Source of the DNA: an uncultured Acidobacteriota bacterium
GTDB taxonomy: Bacteria > Acidobacteriota > Thermoanaerobaculia > Multivoradales > UBA5704
Length of the DNA: 64,000 nt
Assembly: GCA_963770895.1 (NCBI GenBank)
Contig: CAVYRF010000002.1
Span: forward strand, 5,536,001-5,600,000
Direction: 5' to 3'
Part shown: in pieces, positions 47,298 through 62,600 of the stretch
Position numbering within the stretch: position 1 is the first letter of the stretch
Layout of the letters: the number at the start of each line of letters is the position of its first letter
Notes under the pieces: model-generated
Told to the model about the DNA's origin: nothing
Seen by the model: only the letters and a program-made list of their open reading frames with translations
The model's database searches: none
Position numbers and translations under genes: made by a program

Positions 47298-49823
47298 CTA
47301 CTTGAGGTGGAGGGCGGCGCGGCGGGCGCCTGGGGCGGCGGCGGCCGGCAGGGCCATGCGTATGGCGGGCGGCGGGGCCGGGGTGGCGTCGGATGGGGAT
47401 GCTGGGGATGCTGGCGCCGCCGGCGCCATCGGCGCGGACTGGGTGGGGATGGACGGTGGCGGCGACGCCTGCGGTCCTTGTTGGGGGGGTGCGGCGGGTT
47501 CGCCGGCTCCGCCGCCGGCGGCTGGCGGTGCGTGGGCGGCGACGATCTCGCGCACGGCCGCCAGAAGCTCCGCGGGCTCGACGGGCTTGGTGACGTAGCG
47601 CTCGAAGCCGGCGGCCAGGGCGCGCTGCTGATCGCCGCCGCGGACGTGGGCGCTGACCGCGATGGCCGGCACGGCGCCGCCGCGATCGCGGCCCCGCCGC
47701 CGCAGCTGGCGCAGCAGGGCGTAGCCGTCGCCGCCGGGCATGGCGATGTCGCTGAGCAGGACGTCGGGCTGGAAGCCGTCGAACTGCGCCAGGGCGTCGG
47801 TGAGCGAGGCTGCCCTGGCGGTGGTGGCGCCGGCGGTGGTCAGGATCTCGCTGAGGATCTCGCGGGCGTCCGGCTCGTCGTCCACCACCAGGACCTTGAC
47901 CCCGGCCAGCAGGTCGGGGCGCGGCAGCGCGGCCGGCTCCGGCGATCCTGCCGCCGCCGGCGCAGCTCCCGCCGGCCCCGCCGCAGCCGCCCGCGCCGGC
48001 TGGGCGGGCGACCCTGCCGCGGCGGGCGCGGCGGACGCATCGGTGGGGCGCGCCAGGGGCTCGGAAGGCTCGACGAACGCCGGCAGGGTGACGGTGAAGG
48101 TGGCGCCCAGGCCGGGGCCGGGGCTGCTGGCTTCGACGCGGCCGCCGTGCAGCTCGACGATGTGCTGGACGATGGCGAGGCCCACCCCCAGGCCGCCCTG
48201 GTCGCGGATGTCGCTGCTGTCGTCCTGGCGGAAGCGGTCGAAGACGTGGCGCAGGAACTGCGGGCTGATCCCCTTGCCGTCGTCGCGGACGGTGACATGG
48301 AAGGACTGCTCCCGGCGGCTCACCGACACTTCGATGTGGCCGCCGGTGGGGGTGAACTTGATGGCGTTCGAGAGCAGGTTGAGAGCCACCTGCTGCAGGC
48401 GGTCGGTGTCGCCGGCGATGGCCGACTGCGCGTCGACGCCGGGGTCGATGCGCACGCCGAGCGCCAGGCGCTTGGCGTCGGCCGACGGGCGCATGCCTTC
48501 GATGGCGGCTTCCACGGTGGCGAGCAGCGGGATCGGCAGCAGGTTGACGCGCAGCTTGCCGGCGTAGATGCGCGACACGTCGAGCAGGTCTTCGATCAGC
48601 TTGGTCTGGGCCAGCACGTTGCGCTCGATGACCGTCAGTCCGTGCTCCAGGCGCGCCGCGTCGGGCGGCGCGGCGCGCAGGATGCGCGTCCAGCCGACGA
48701 TGGCGGTCAGCGGCGTGCGCAGCTCGTGCGACAGGGTGGTGAGGAATTCGTCCTTCAGCCGGTTTGCCTCGCGCGCTTCGAGCGACAGCAGGTTTTCGAT
48801 GGCGATCGAGCCGATCTGCGCGACCTGCGTCAGGATGGCGCTGTCGTCGTCGCCGAACTCGCCTTCGGTGCGCCCCGCCAGGTGGACCCAGCCGACGTTG
48901 CGCCCATCGCGGCTGGTCAGCGGCGTCGCCAGCCAGCCCGACGTCTCCGCTCCGCAGCCGTCCATCAGCAGCCGCCAGCGCGGGTCGCCGGCGATCTCGC
49001 GCGGGGTGAGCAGCACCGGCCGCGACGTGTCGCCGATGCCGGCGGTGACCGCGCTGCCCTGCGCCGTCAGCACGGCGTATGCGTCGTCCTCGGGTGCCGC
49101 CAGCCCCAGCCCCGGCCCCGCCCCATCGGTGCCGGCCGCCGCCGTCGCGGTCGCGGCGGCGGTCACCGCGGCGCCGGGCGGCGCGGCGTACGGCGCCGGC
49201 GCGGTGGCCAGCGGCCGGTGCACCACCGTGTCGCCGCGCCCGAGGGTGGTGATGGTCGTGGCGCAGCGCGCGCCGACCAGGTCGCGCGCCGTTTCGGTGA
49301 CCACCTCCAGAATCGTTTCCAGGGTGTTGGCCGAGTTGATCGCCAGGGAGGCCGCCGCCAGCTTCGCCAGCTGGTCGGCGCGGCGGCGCAGCGATTCGGC
49401 CTGGCGGCGGATCTGCTGCGCCTTGCGGAACAGGTCGACGAACACCGCCACCTTGGAGCGCAGCACTTCCGGCACGACCGGCGATACGATGTAGTCCACC
49501 GCGCCCAGCGAATAGCCGCGCGAGATGTGGACTTCGTCGCTGAACGCGGTGATGAAGATGATCGGCGTGCGCTCGGAGCTCTTGCGCTGCCGCACCAGCG
49601 AGGCGGTTTCGAACCCGTCCATGATCGGCATGTTGACGTCGAGCAGGATGACGGCGAACTCCTGCGCCAGCAGGCAGCGCAGGGCCTCCCGCCCGGAGCC
49701 GGCGGTGACCACCCCCTGTCCCGGCTCGGTCAGGATCGACTGGAGGGTGAGGCGGTTCTCGGCGCTGTCATCGACGACCAGGATGTCCACCGGGTCGCCA
49801 TGCGGCATGACCAGCTCTGTCAT
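47298..49823 (-). CDS. Hybrid sensor kinase: REC-GAF-like-HisKA-HATPase-REC
   Basis: 'ILVVDD..LLDVNMP', H-box 'FLTTLSHELRTPL', N-box 'NLLSNAIKFT', G-boxes, C-terminal REC 'LSDIAMPGGDG'. Confidence 0.92.
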   Translation of the reverse strand: MTELVMPHGDPVDILVVDDSAENRLTLQSILTEPGQGVVTAGSGREALRCLLAQEFAVILLDVNMPIMDGFETASLVRQRKSSERTPIIFITAFSDEVHISRGYSLGAVDYIVSPVVPEVLRSKVAVFVDLFRKAQQIRRQAESLRRRADQLAKLAAASLAINSANTLETILEVVTETARDLVGARCATTITTLGRGDTVVHRPLATAPAPYAAPPGAAVTAAATATAAAGTDGAGPGLGLAAPEDDAYAVLTAQGSAVTAGIGDTSRPVLLTPREIAGDPRWRLLMDGCGAETSGWLATPLTSRDGRNVGWVHLAGRTEGEFGDDDSAILTQVAQIGSIAIENLLSLEAREANRLKDEFLTTLSHELRTPLTAIVGWTRILRAAPPDAARLEHGLTVIERNVLAQTKLIEDLLDVSRIYAGKLRVNLLPIPLLATVEAAIEGMRPSADAKRLALGVRIDPGVDAQSAIAGDTDRLQQVALNLLSNAIKFTPTGGHIEVSVSRREQSFHVTVRDDGKGISPQFLRHVFDRFRQDDSSDIRDQGGLGVGLAIVQHIVELHGGRVEASSPGPGLGATFTVTLPAFVEPSEPLARPTDASAAPAAAGSPAQPARAAAAGPAGAAPAAAGSPEPAALPRPDLLAGVKVLVVDDEPDAREILSEILTTAGATTARAASLTDALAQFDGFQPDVLLSDIAMPGGDGYALLRQLRRRGRDRGGAVPAIAVSAHVRGGDQQRALAAGFERYVTKPVEPAELLAAVREIVAAHAPPAAGGGAGEPAAPPQQGPQASPPPSIPTQSAPMAPAAPASPASPSDATPAPPPAIRMALPAAAAPGARRAALHLK

Positions 49824-49916
49824 CTCCCGTCTTCCTCCCGCACCGGTCCCGGCCGCGTGGCCGGCGCCTCCGCCCGCGGGCGGAGGCCCTTCCTTCACTG
49901 CCGTGGTTGCCACAGA

Positions 49917-55766
<5,850 letters not shown>

Positions 55767-56008
55767 TCAGCTCCTCTTCGGCGAACCTGGTAAGAAATGC
55801 CAAATGTGCCTGCCCGCCTTGGCAGTTTCGCCAAGGCGGGGATGTCCGTCGGCCAGACTCAAGGGGTGCGCGCACCGGCGCGCGCCACGGTGACGATCCT
55901 ACGCTGCCCTGAGGGCCTGATCTCCTGGTTCAAGCATGAGAAACGACCGTGGGCAACTGCAAAAACTTTGCCTGGAGAGGTGTGGTTCCCGCCCGCGGGC
56001 TTCCGGCC

Positions 56009-56157
56009 GGGAAGGAGGGGGAGGAAGCGGTTGAAGAAGGGGGAAGGGGAGGGGGGGAGGGAAGGAGGAAGTGAGGGCGGGAGGGGAGAGGTGGAAGGGG
56101 GGCAGGTGGGGACCGGGAGGGGAGGGGACGGGGGAGGCGGGAGGGAGGCGAGAAGGG
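56009..56157 (+). repeat. Polypurine G-rich low-complexity tract
   Basis: About 150 bp almost entirely G/A with many G3-G7 runs. Confidence 0.8.
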
Positions 56158-56177
56158 CGCCGCGGCGGATAGGGACC

Positions 56178-56954
56178 TTACTTGGTCAGGCGCGCCACCA
56201 GCGCGCGCAGGGCTGCCTGCGCTTCGGGATGGAACCAGGCGTCCACCACCTGGTCGATCTCGTCGCTCCCCTTGGTTTCAGCATTGGCGCCGGCCACGGT
56301 GGGAGCGATCAGCGCGATCAGGTCGGCGCGGGCGTCGCGCCGCGTGCTGCTCATGGCGAAGGGCGGCAGGGCCAGCTGTTCTTCGCACCAGGCGACGGCG
56401 CGGTCCACCACCTGGTCGGCCGGCACCACCTGGTCCACCAGGCCGGCGGCGAGCGCTTCGGCGGGCGCGAGCAGCAGGCCGCCCACCGCCAGCCGCGACG
56501 CCTGCGCGGGCCCCACCAGGTGGCGCAGCACGCGATGCACCGTCGGCGGCAGGTGCAGGCCGATGCGCACCTCGTTGAGGCCGATCTTGAACGGCCCGTC
56601 CGCCGCGAAACGCCGGTCCGCACACAGCGCGATGACGGTGCCGCCGGCCGGCGCGTGGCCGGTGATCGCCGCCGCGATGGGGATGGGCGACGCGGCCAGG
56701 GTGTAAAGCAGGCCGAAGAGCCCGCGCCAGGCGTCGGCGATCGCCGCGCGGTCCAGAGGCAGCAGCTCCGGCACGTCCAGGCCGCCCGAAAACATCCCCG
56801 GCGCGCCGGCGATGACCACCGCCCGCGCTCCCGCCTCCGGCGCCGCCGCCACCGCCTGGTCCAGCGCCGCCACCAGCCCGCGGCTGAGCGCGTTGGCCGG
56901 CGGCCGCGCCAGCCGCAGCTGGCGCACGGCGCCGTGATCGACAATTTCGATCAT
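56178..56954 (-). CDS. Enoyl-CoA hydratase/isomerase (crotonase family)
   Basis: 'RPPANAL', 'FSGGLD', 'AAITGHAPAGG', 'IGLNEVRIG'. Confidence 0.92.
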   Translation of the reverse strand: MIEIVDHGAVRQLRLARPPANALSRGLVAALDQAVAAAPEAGARAVVIAGAPGMFSGGLDVPELLPLDRAAIADAWRGLFGLLYTLAASPIPIAAAITGHAPAGGTVIALCADRRFAADGPFKIGLNEVRIGLHLPPTVHRVLRHLVGPAQASRLAVGGLLLAPAEALAAGLVDQVVPADQVVDRAVAWCEEQLALPPFAMSSTRRDARADLIALIAPTVAGANAETKGSDEIDQVVDAWFHPEAQAALRALVARLTK

Positions 56955-57063
56955 CGGCCTGGGCGCTCAGCCGTGCGGCGCGCAGTGGGCGGTCGCAAAG
57001 TTCATCGTCAGAGTATAGAGGAATCGATTCTGGTGGGCGGGGCCGCGCACCGGCGCCGCGGCT

Positions 57064-59625
57064 CTATTCGGTGCGCAGCGCCACCATCGGGTCGACCGAG
57101 GCGGCGCGGCGGGCGGGCAGGAAGGCTGCGAAGAGGCCGCATCCGAGCAGGGTCAGCGAGGCGATGGTGAGAATCGCCGGATCGAACGAGCGCACGCCGA
57201 ACAGCTGGCTGGCCAGGGCGTGGCCGGCGGCCAGGGCGGCCGGCACGCCGATCGCCAGACCGAAGGCGATCGGCACCATGGCGCCGCGCAGAACCAGCAG
57301 GATGACGCCGCCGCGGTCCGCTCCCAGGGCGATGCGCAAGCCCATCTCGCGCGTGCGGCGCACCACGGTGTAGGAGGCGACGCCGTACAGGCCGGTGCAG
57401 GCGAGCACCAGCGCCAGCACGCTGTAGAGCATGGTCAGCCGCGCGATCAGGCGCTCGTTGTTGAAGTAGCTGCTGACTTCTTCGTCGAGGCTGCGCATCT
57501 GGATGACCGTCGAGCCGGGGTCGAGGTCGGACAGGATGCGCCGCACCGTGGCCTGCAGGTTGCGCGGCTGGCCGGCGAGGCGCAGCTGCAGGCTGTGCAC
57601 GTCGTTGGAGCGTCGCTGGGTGCTGCTCTCGAACGAGTCGGGGTAGGTGACGTCCTGCAGCAGCGGCAGGAAGAGGGTGGGGAAGGCGGGGCCGCGGGCG
57701 TCGACGTACTTGGCGTCTTCGACCACGCCGACGATCTCGTAGTCGAGGCCGTGGCCGGGGCTGCCGAAGCCGAGGTGCCTGCCGAGCGGGTCCTGGTGCG
57801 GGAAGTAGCGGTTGACGAAGGTCTGGTTGACCACCGCCACGCGGCGCGCCGTGGGCGTGTCCTGCTCGCCCAGGGCGCGGCCGCGCAGGATGCGCGAACC
57901 GACGGTCTCGAAGAAGTGCGGGCTCACCCGGTCGAGCGACGGCGAGCGCAGCTCCCCCACGGGCTGCCCGTCGACGCTGGTGGGGATGGCCCAGTTGAGG
58001 TGCTCCATCGGGCCGTACAGCGACAGGCTGGCGCTGGCCACGCCGGGGATCTGCGCCAGCCGGCGCATCAGCTCGGGATAGAAGGCGGCCAGCTGGCTGG
58101 GGGTGGCGCCGGCCATCGCCAGGTCCACCTGTGCCATCACCCGTCCCTGGGTCTGGAAGCCGAACCGCTGCTCCTCCAGGCGCCGCAGGCTCTCGCTGAG
58201 CAGCCCGGCGCCGGCGAGCAGCACCAGCGACAGGGCGGCCTGGACGATGACCAGCACGCGCTGCGGCCGCGCCTCCCGCCCGCGGGTGCCGCGCCCGGCG
58301 CCGCGCAGCGGCTCCGCCGGGTGGGTGCGCGAGGCGATGAGCGCCGGCGCGACGCTGAACAGCACGCCGGTGACCAGGCAGAGGAGGGCGGTGAACGCCA
58401 ACGCCGGCGCCGACGGATTGGGGTCGATCGGCACGAAGCTGGCGTCGCGGAAGGCCAGCGCCAGGATGGCCCGCGCGCCGCCGAAGGCGAGCGCCAGTCC
58501 GGCGATGCCGCCGAACGCCGCCAGCAGCACGCCTTCGGTGACGGTCTGCCGGATCAGGCGCCCGCGCGCCGCGCCCAGCGCCATGCGCACGGCGATCTGC
58601 AGGCGGCCGGCGGTGCCGCGCGCCAGCAGCAGGTTGGCGATGTTGGCGCAGGCGATGACCAGCAGCAGGCCCGAGATCACCATCAGCAGGCGCAGCCCGT
58701 TCTGATAGTCCGCGAGCCCGCTCTTCAGGCCGCCGCCGGCGGGGAGGATCGTCAGGTGCATCTTGGCGAGCCGGGTGCGGTCGCGATCGCTGAGCCACGG
58801 CTGCGCCGTCAGGTAGTGGCGCACCTCCGCGTTCACCCGCGCCTCGAGCGCCGCGGCATGCGCGCCGTGGCGCAGGCGGCCGACGGCGTAGAGCCAGAAC
58901 GTGTCGTCGCGCGCCCAGAGCGGCGCTCCCGGATGCAGCAGCGGCTCCGCCGCCAGCGGCAGCCAGAAGTCGGGCGGGTCGGAGCGCACCGTCTCGCCGA
59001 AAAACCCTGGCGGCGCGATGCCGACGACGGTCACCGGCACGCCGGCGAACACCAGGGTGGTGCCCAGGACCGCCGGGTCGAGGGCGTAGAGGTCGTGCCA
59101 GGTGTGGTAGCTCATCACCGCCGCCGGGGCGGCGCCCGGACGGTCGTCGGCGGCGGTGAGCGCGCGCCCGGCAAGGGCGCCGACGCCGAGCAGGTGAAAG
59201 TAGTTGTCCGACACCAGCTCGACACGCCTGGGGTCGGCGGCGGCGGCCGAGCCGGCGCGCCGCACGCTCACCGTTTCGACGGTGGCCTGGAAGGCCGCAA
59301 GGTCGGCCAGCTCCGGCGTGTTGTCGCGGATCTGCCGGAAGAGCGGCAGGGTGTACTCGGTGAAGTCTTCGAAGACGCCGGACAGCACGCAGCAGGCCAT
59401 GCCGTCGCCCAGGCTGACCAGGCTGCCGGGGTCGGCAACCGGCAGGTTGCGCAGCATGACCGCGTTGATCAGGGTGAAGATCGCGGTGTTGGCACCGATG
59501 CCGAGCGCCAGGGTCAAGATCGCCGCCACGGTGAAGCCGCGCCCCTGGCGCAGCTGCCTCATGCCATACCGCAGGTCCTGCCCCAGCCCATCGAGCCAGG
59601 CCGCTGCTGGACTCTTCGCGCTCAT
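57064..59625 (-). CDS. ADOP-type duplicated MacB/FtsX ABC permease
   Basis: '[24 protein letters not shown]', '[14 protein letters not shown]', 'DPMVALRTE'; GGAGG RBS; divergent from sbnB. Confidence 0.92.
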   Translation of the reverse strand: MSAKSPAAAWLDGLGQDLRYGMRQLRQGRGFTVAAILTLALGIGANTAIFTLINAVMLRNLPVADPGSLVSLGDGMACCVLSGVFEDFTEYTLPLFRQIRDNTPELADLAAFQATVETVSVRRAGSAAAADPRRVELVSDNYFHLLGVGALAGRALTAADDRPGAAPAAVMSYHTWHDLYALDPAVLGTTLVFAGVPVTVVGIAPPGFFGETVRSDPPDFWLPLAAEPLLHPGAPLWARDDTFWLYAVGRLRHGAHAAALEARVNAEVRHYLTAQPWLSDRDRTRLAKMHLTILPAGGGLKSGLADYQNGLRLLMVISGLLLVIACANIANLLLARGTAGRLQIAVRMALGAARGRLIRQTVTEGVLLAAFGGIAGLALAFGGARAILALAFRDASFVPIDPNPSAPALAFTALLCLVTGVLFSVAPALIASRTHPAEPLRGAGRGTRGREARPQRVLVIVQAALSLVLLAGAGLLSESLRRLEEQRFGFQTQGRVMAQVDLAMAGATPSQLAAFYPELMRRLAQIPGVASASLSLYGPMEHLNWAIPTSVDGQPVGELRSPSLDRVSPHFFETVGSRILRGRALGEQDTPTARRVAVVNQTFVNRYFPHQDPLGRHLGFGSPGHGLDYEIVGVVEDAKYVDARGPAFPTLFLPLLQDVTYPDSFESSTQRRSNDVHSLQLRLAGQPRNLQATVRRILSDLDPGSTVIQMRSLDEEVSSYFNNERLIARLTMLYSVLALVLACTGLYGVASYTVVRRTREMGLRIALGADRGGVILLVLRGAMVPIAFGLAIGVPAALAAGHALASQLFGVRSFDPAILTIASLTLLGCGLFAAFLPARRAASVDPMVALRTE

Positions 59626-59852
59626 CGCCATCCTCCTGGCGCGCCCCGCGCCGCGCCGCCGCCGCCGCCGCCGCACAGCTGTCTGCCATCACCAGTACCG
59701 GTCGCAGGCAGCGCAGGTTTCAGTACCGCGCCACGGCGGGTCAGTTTACCCGGCCACCGGCGCGAAATACCTCTCTCGCCACACTTAGAGCAGGAGACCG
59801 CCGGGAGGTCCCACGCCGGGCCTGATGCGCGAGCGGTGGCGGGGGACGGCAC

Positions 59853-60872
59853 ATGGGCGGTGGGGACATCCTGGTTCTGACGGGCGACGAAGTGCGGGAT
59901 CTGCTGGCCGGGCGGGAAGGCGACGTGCTGGCGGCGGTGCGCGCCGCCTACCTGGCGCATGCCGCCGGAGCGAGCGCGCTGCCGCATTCGCTGTTCCTGC
60001 GGTTTCCGGGCCGCAGCGCCGAGCGGATCATCGCCTTGCCGGCCTTTCTGGGCGGCGGCTTCGACGTGGCCGGCATCAAGTGGATCTCCTCGTTCCCCGG
60101 CAACCTCGAGCTCGGCCTGCCCCGGGCGTCGGCGATCCTGGTGCTCAACTCGTCGGCGACCGGGCGCCCGGAGGCGATCCTGGAAGGTTCGCTGATCAGT
60201 GCGGCGCGCACCGCGGCGAGCGCCGCGGTGGCGGCGCGCGAGCTGACCGGCGGCGTGGCGCCGGAGAGCGCCGGCCTGATCGGCACCGGCCCGATCAACC
60301 TGGAGGTCGCCCGCTACCTGCGGGCGGCGCTGCCCGGCTTGGGCAGGTTCGTGCTCTACGACCTGGACGCCGCCCGCGCCGCCAAGGCTGCGGCGACGCT
60401 CGCCAGGACCCTGGGCGTCGAGGCGAGCGTCGCCGGCAGCCTGGAGGCGGTGCTGGCCGGTTGCTCGCTGGTGTCGTTCGCCACCACGGCAGGCACGCCG
60501 CACGTCGACGACCTGTCCCGCTGTCCGCCCGGCGCCGCCATCCTGCACGTCTCGCTGCGGGACCTGGCGCCGCAGGCCATCCTGCGCTGCGACAACGTGG
60601 TCGACGACGTGGATCACGTGTGCCGCGCGCAGACCTCGGTGCACCTGGCGGAGATCCAGTCGGGCTCGCGCTCGTTCATCCGCTGCACCCTGGCCGACGT
60701 CCTGTCCGGTGCGGCGCCGCCGCGGCGCGACGGCAGCTCCATCGCGGTGTTCAGCCCGTTCGGCCTGGGAGTGCTGGACCTGGCGGTCGGTGGGCAGGTG
60801 CGCGACCAGGCGCTGGCAGCCGGCCGGGGGCGCACGATCCCCTCCTTCCAGCCGACCGCCGATCCGGACTGA
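59853..60872 (+). CDS. sbnB: 2,3-diaminopropionate biosynthesis protein SbnB (ornithine cyclodeaminase family)
   Basis: 'PHSLFLRFP..ERIIALPA', 'GIKWISSFPGN', 'ISAARTAASA', 'LHVSLRD', 'FSPFGLGVLDLA'. Confidence 0.92.
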   Translation: MGGGDILVLTGDEVRDLLAGREGDVLAAVRAAYLAHAAGASALPHSLFLRFPGRSAERIIALPAFLGGGFDVAGIKWISSFPGNLELGLPRASAILVLNSSATGRPEAILEGSLISAARTAASAAVAARELTGGVAPESAGLIGTGPINLEVARYLRAALPGLGRFVLYDLDAARAAKAAATLARTLGVEASVAGSLEAVLAGCSLVSFATTAGTPHVDDLSRCPPGAAILHVSLRDLAPQAILRCDNVVDDVDHVCRAQTSVHLAEIQSGSRSFIRCTLADVLSGAAPPRRDGSSIAVFSPFGLGVLDLAVGGQVRDQALAAGRGRTIPSFQPTADPD

Positions 60873-61067
60873 GAGCGGGCGGGCAGCAGCGTTGCCGCCA
60901 GACGAGCGTCCAATTTTGTTGGTAGTATTTAGATACTCGAACAAACGGAAAGCGCACATGCGCTATCGTGTCTCTATCGTTGCACAATTGCGCACTTCTA
61001 TGGGCGAAGGCATGTTGTACCCGCCGGGGCCCGCAGGCCCATGGCCTACCGGGTCGAGGAAGATGCC

Positions 61068-62168
61068 ATGAGTCGACAGAAGGGCGCCGCGGGCGTCCAA
61101 CATACGGGAGTGTTGTCAGCCATCGGCGGCACTCCGCTGGTGCGGCTCGATCGGCTCTTCCCGGATGCAGGCTTCGACCTGTACGCCAAGCTAGAGGCGC
61201 TCAACCCCGGCGGCAGCTCCAAGGACCGGCCGGCGCTGGCCATTCTGGACGGCGGCCTGCGCTCGGGCGCCATCGACGGCGCGAGCGTCATCGTCGAATC
61301 GAGCTCAGGCAACATGGGCATCGGCCTGGCGCAGACGTGTCGCTATCACGGCTTGCGCTTCATCTGCGTGGTCGACATCAAGGCGTCGCCGCTCAATCTC
61401 AAGATCATGGAGGCGTACGGTGCCGAGCTGGTGCAGGTCACCGAGCCGGACCCGGTGTCGGGCGAGTGGCTGCAGGCGCGCATCAACCGTGTCCAGCAGC
61501 TGGTGCGCGAGATCCCCAATGCCTTCTGGCCCAACCAGTACGCCAACCGCGACAATTCCGCATCGCACTACCGCACGACCATCGAAGAGCTGGTCTGGGC
61601 GTTGGAGGGCAAGCTCGACGTGCTGTTCGTGGCGACCAGCACCTGCGGCACCATCCGCGGCTGCTGCGAATATGTGCGCGAGCACAGGTTGCCGACGCGG
61701 GTGGTCGCGGTGGACGCGGCGGGCAGCCTGATTTTTGGCGGCGTACCCCGCCCGCGCATGATCCCCGGCCTGGGCGCCGGCATCCGGCCGCCGCTCTGCG
61801 ACCCGGCGCTGATCGACCAGGTGGTGCACGTCACCGACGGCGAGTGTGTCGCCGGCTGCCGCCTGCTGGTGGCGCGCGAGGCGATCCTGGCCGGCGGCTC
61901 CTCGGGTGGAGTGGTGGCGGCGGTGGCGCGGCTGCGCGACTCGGTGCCGCCTGGCGCCAACTGCGCGGTGATCCTGCCGGACCGCGGCGAGCGCTATCTG
62001 GACACGGTGTACGACGACGATTGGGTGACGCTGCACGTCGGCGCTCTGGATCAGCTGCCGGATCTGGGCGCCACCGATGCCTCCGCCCCCTCCGACCCTC
62101 CCGGATTGGCGGGTGCGGCGGCGCCGGATCGCGCCGTGGCAATGCCGGTTCGCGCCGGCAGTATCTAG
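61068..62168 (+). CDS. sbnA: 2,3-diaminopropionate biosynthesis protein SbnA (PLP-dependent cysteine synthase family)
   Basis: 'KLEALNPGGSSKDR' (PLP Lys), 'ESSSGNMG', 'WPNQYAN', 'STCGT', 'RMIPGLG', 'PDRGERYLDTVY'; adjacent to sbnB. Confidence 0.92.
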   Translation: MSRQKGAAGVQHTGVLSAIGGTPLVRLDRLFPDAGFDLYAKLEALNPGGSSKDRPALAILDGGLRSGAIDGASVIVESSSGNMGIGLAQTCRYHGLRFICVVDIKASPLNLKIMEAYGAELVQVTEPDPVSGEWLQARINRVQQLVREIPNAFWPNQYANRDNSASHYRTTIEELVWALEGKLDVLFVATSTCGTIRGCCEYVREHRLPTRVVAVDAAGSLIFGGVPRPRMIPGLGAGIRPPLCDPALIDQVVHVTDGECVAGCRLLVAREAILAGGSSGGVVAAVARLRDSVPPGANCAVILPDRGERYLDTVYDDDWVTLHVGALDQLPDLGATDASAPSDPPGLAGAAAPDRAVAMPVRAGSI

Positions 62169-62600
62169 ACGGCCGGCTGCTCGGCTCCGGCCTGGCTGCA
62201 GACGGCGCGCGCGCCGCCCTGGTTCATCTCCGTTCCAGACATTTCATTTCAGTTAGGTCACCTGCCCTGGGTATGACGGGCTGGCGCCGCTGAAGCGGCG
62301 GCGGCAGGTACGCCGCCGGGTCGATCGGCCGTCACGGCCAAATCGCGGGCGGGCGCGACGTCGGGCAGGCTGCAGACCCGTGCCGGTGGTCTCCGGTTAC
62401 GCATCGCCGTAACGTCACCGTGCTGCCACAGGGTGTCCCGCCTTGGGATATGTGTGACACTACACAATCAGAGCGACTTTGATACGAAAATATCACCAGA
62501 TGGAATCATAAATGTCATTCGATTCCACAGGAAGTTGGTACACCTTTAACCAATTGCCTGAAATTGTGGCGCAAAATGCGCCGGGTACTGGCGGCCTGGG

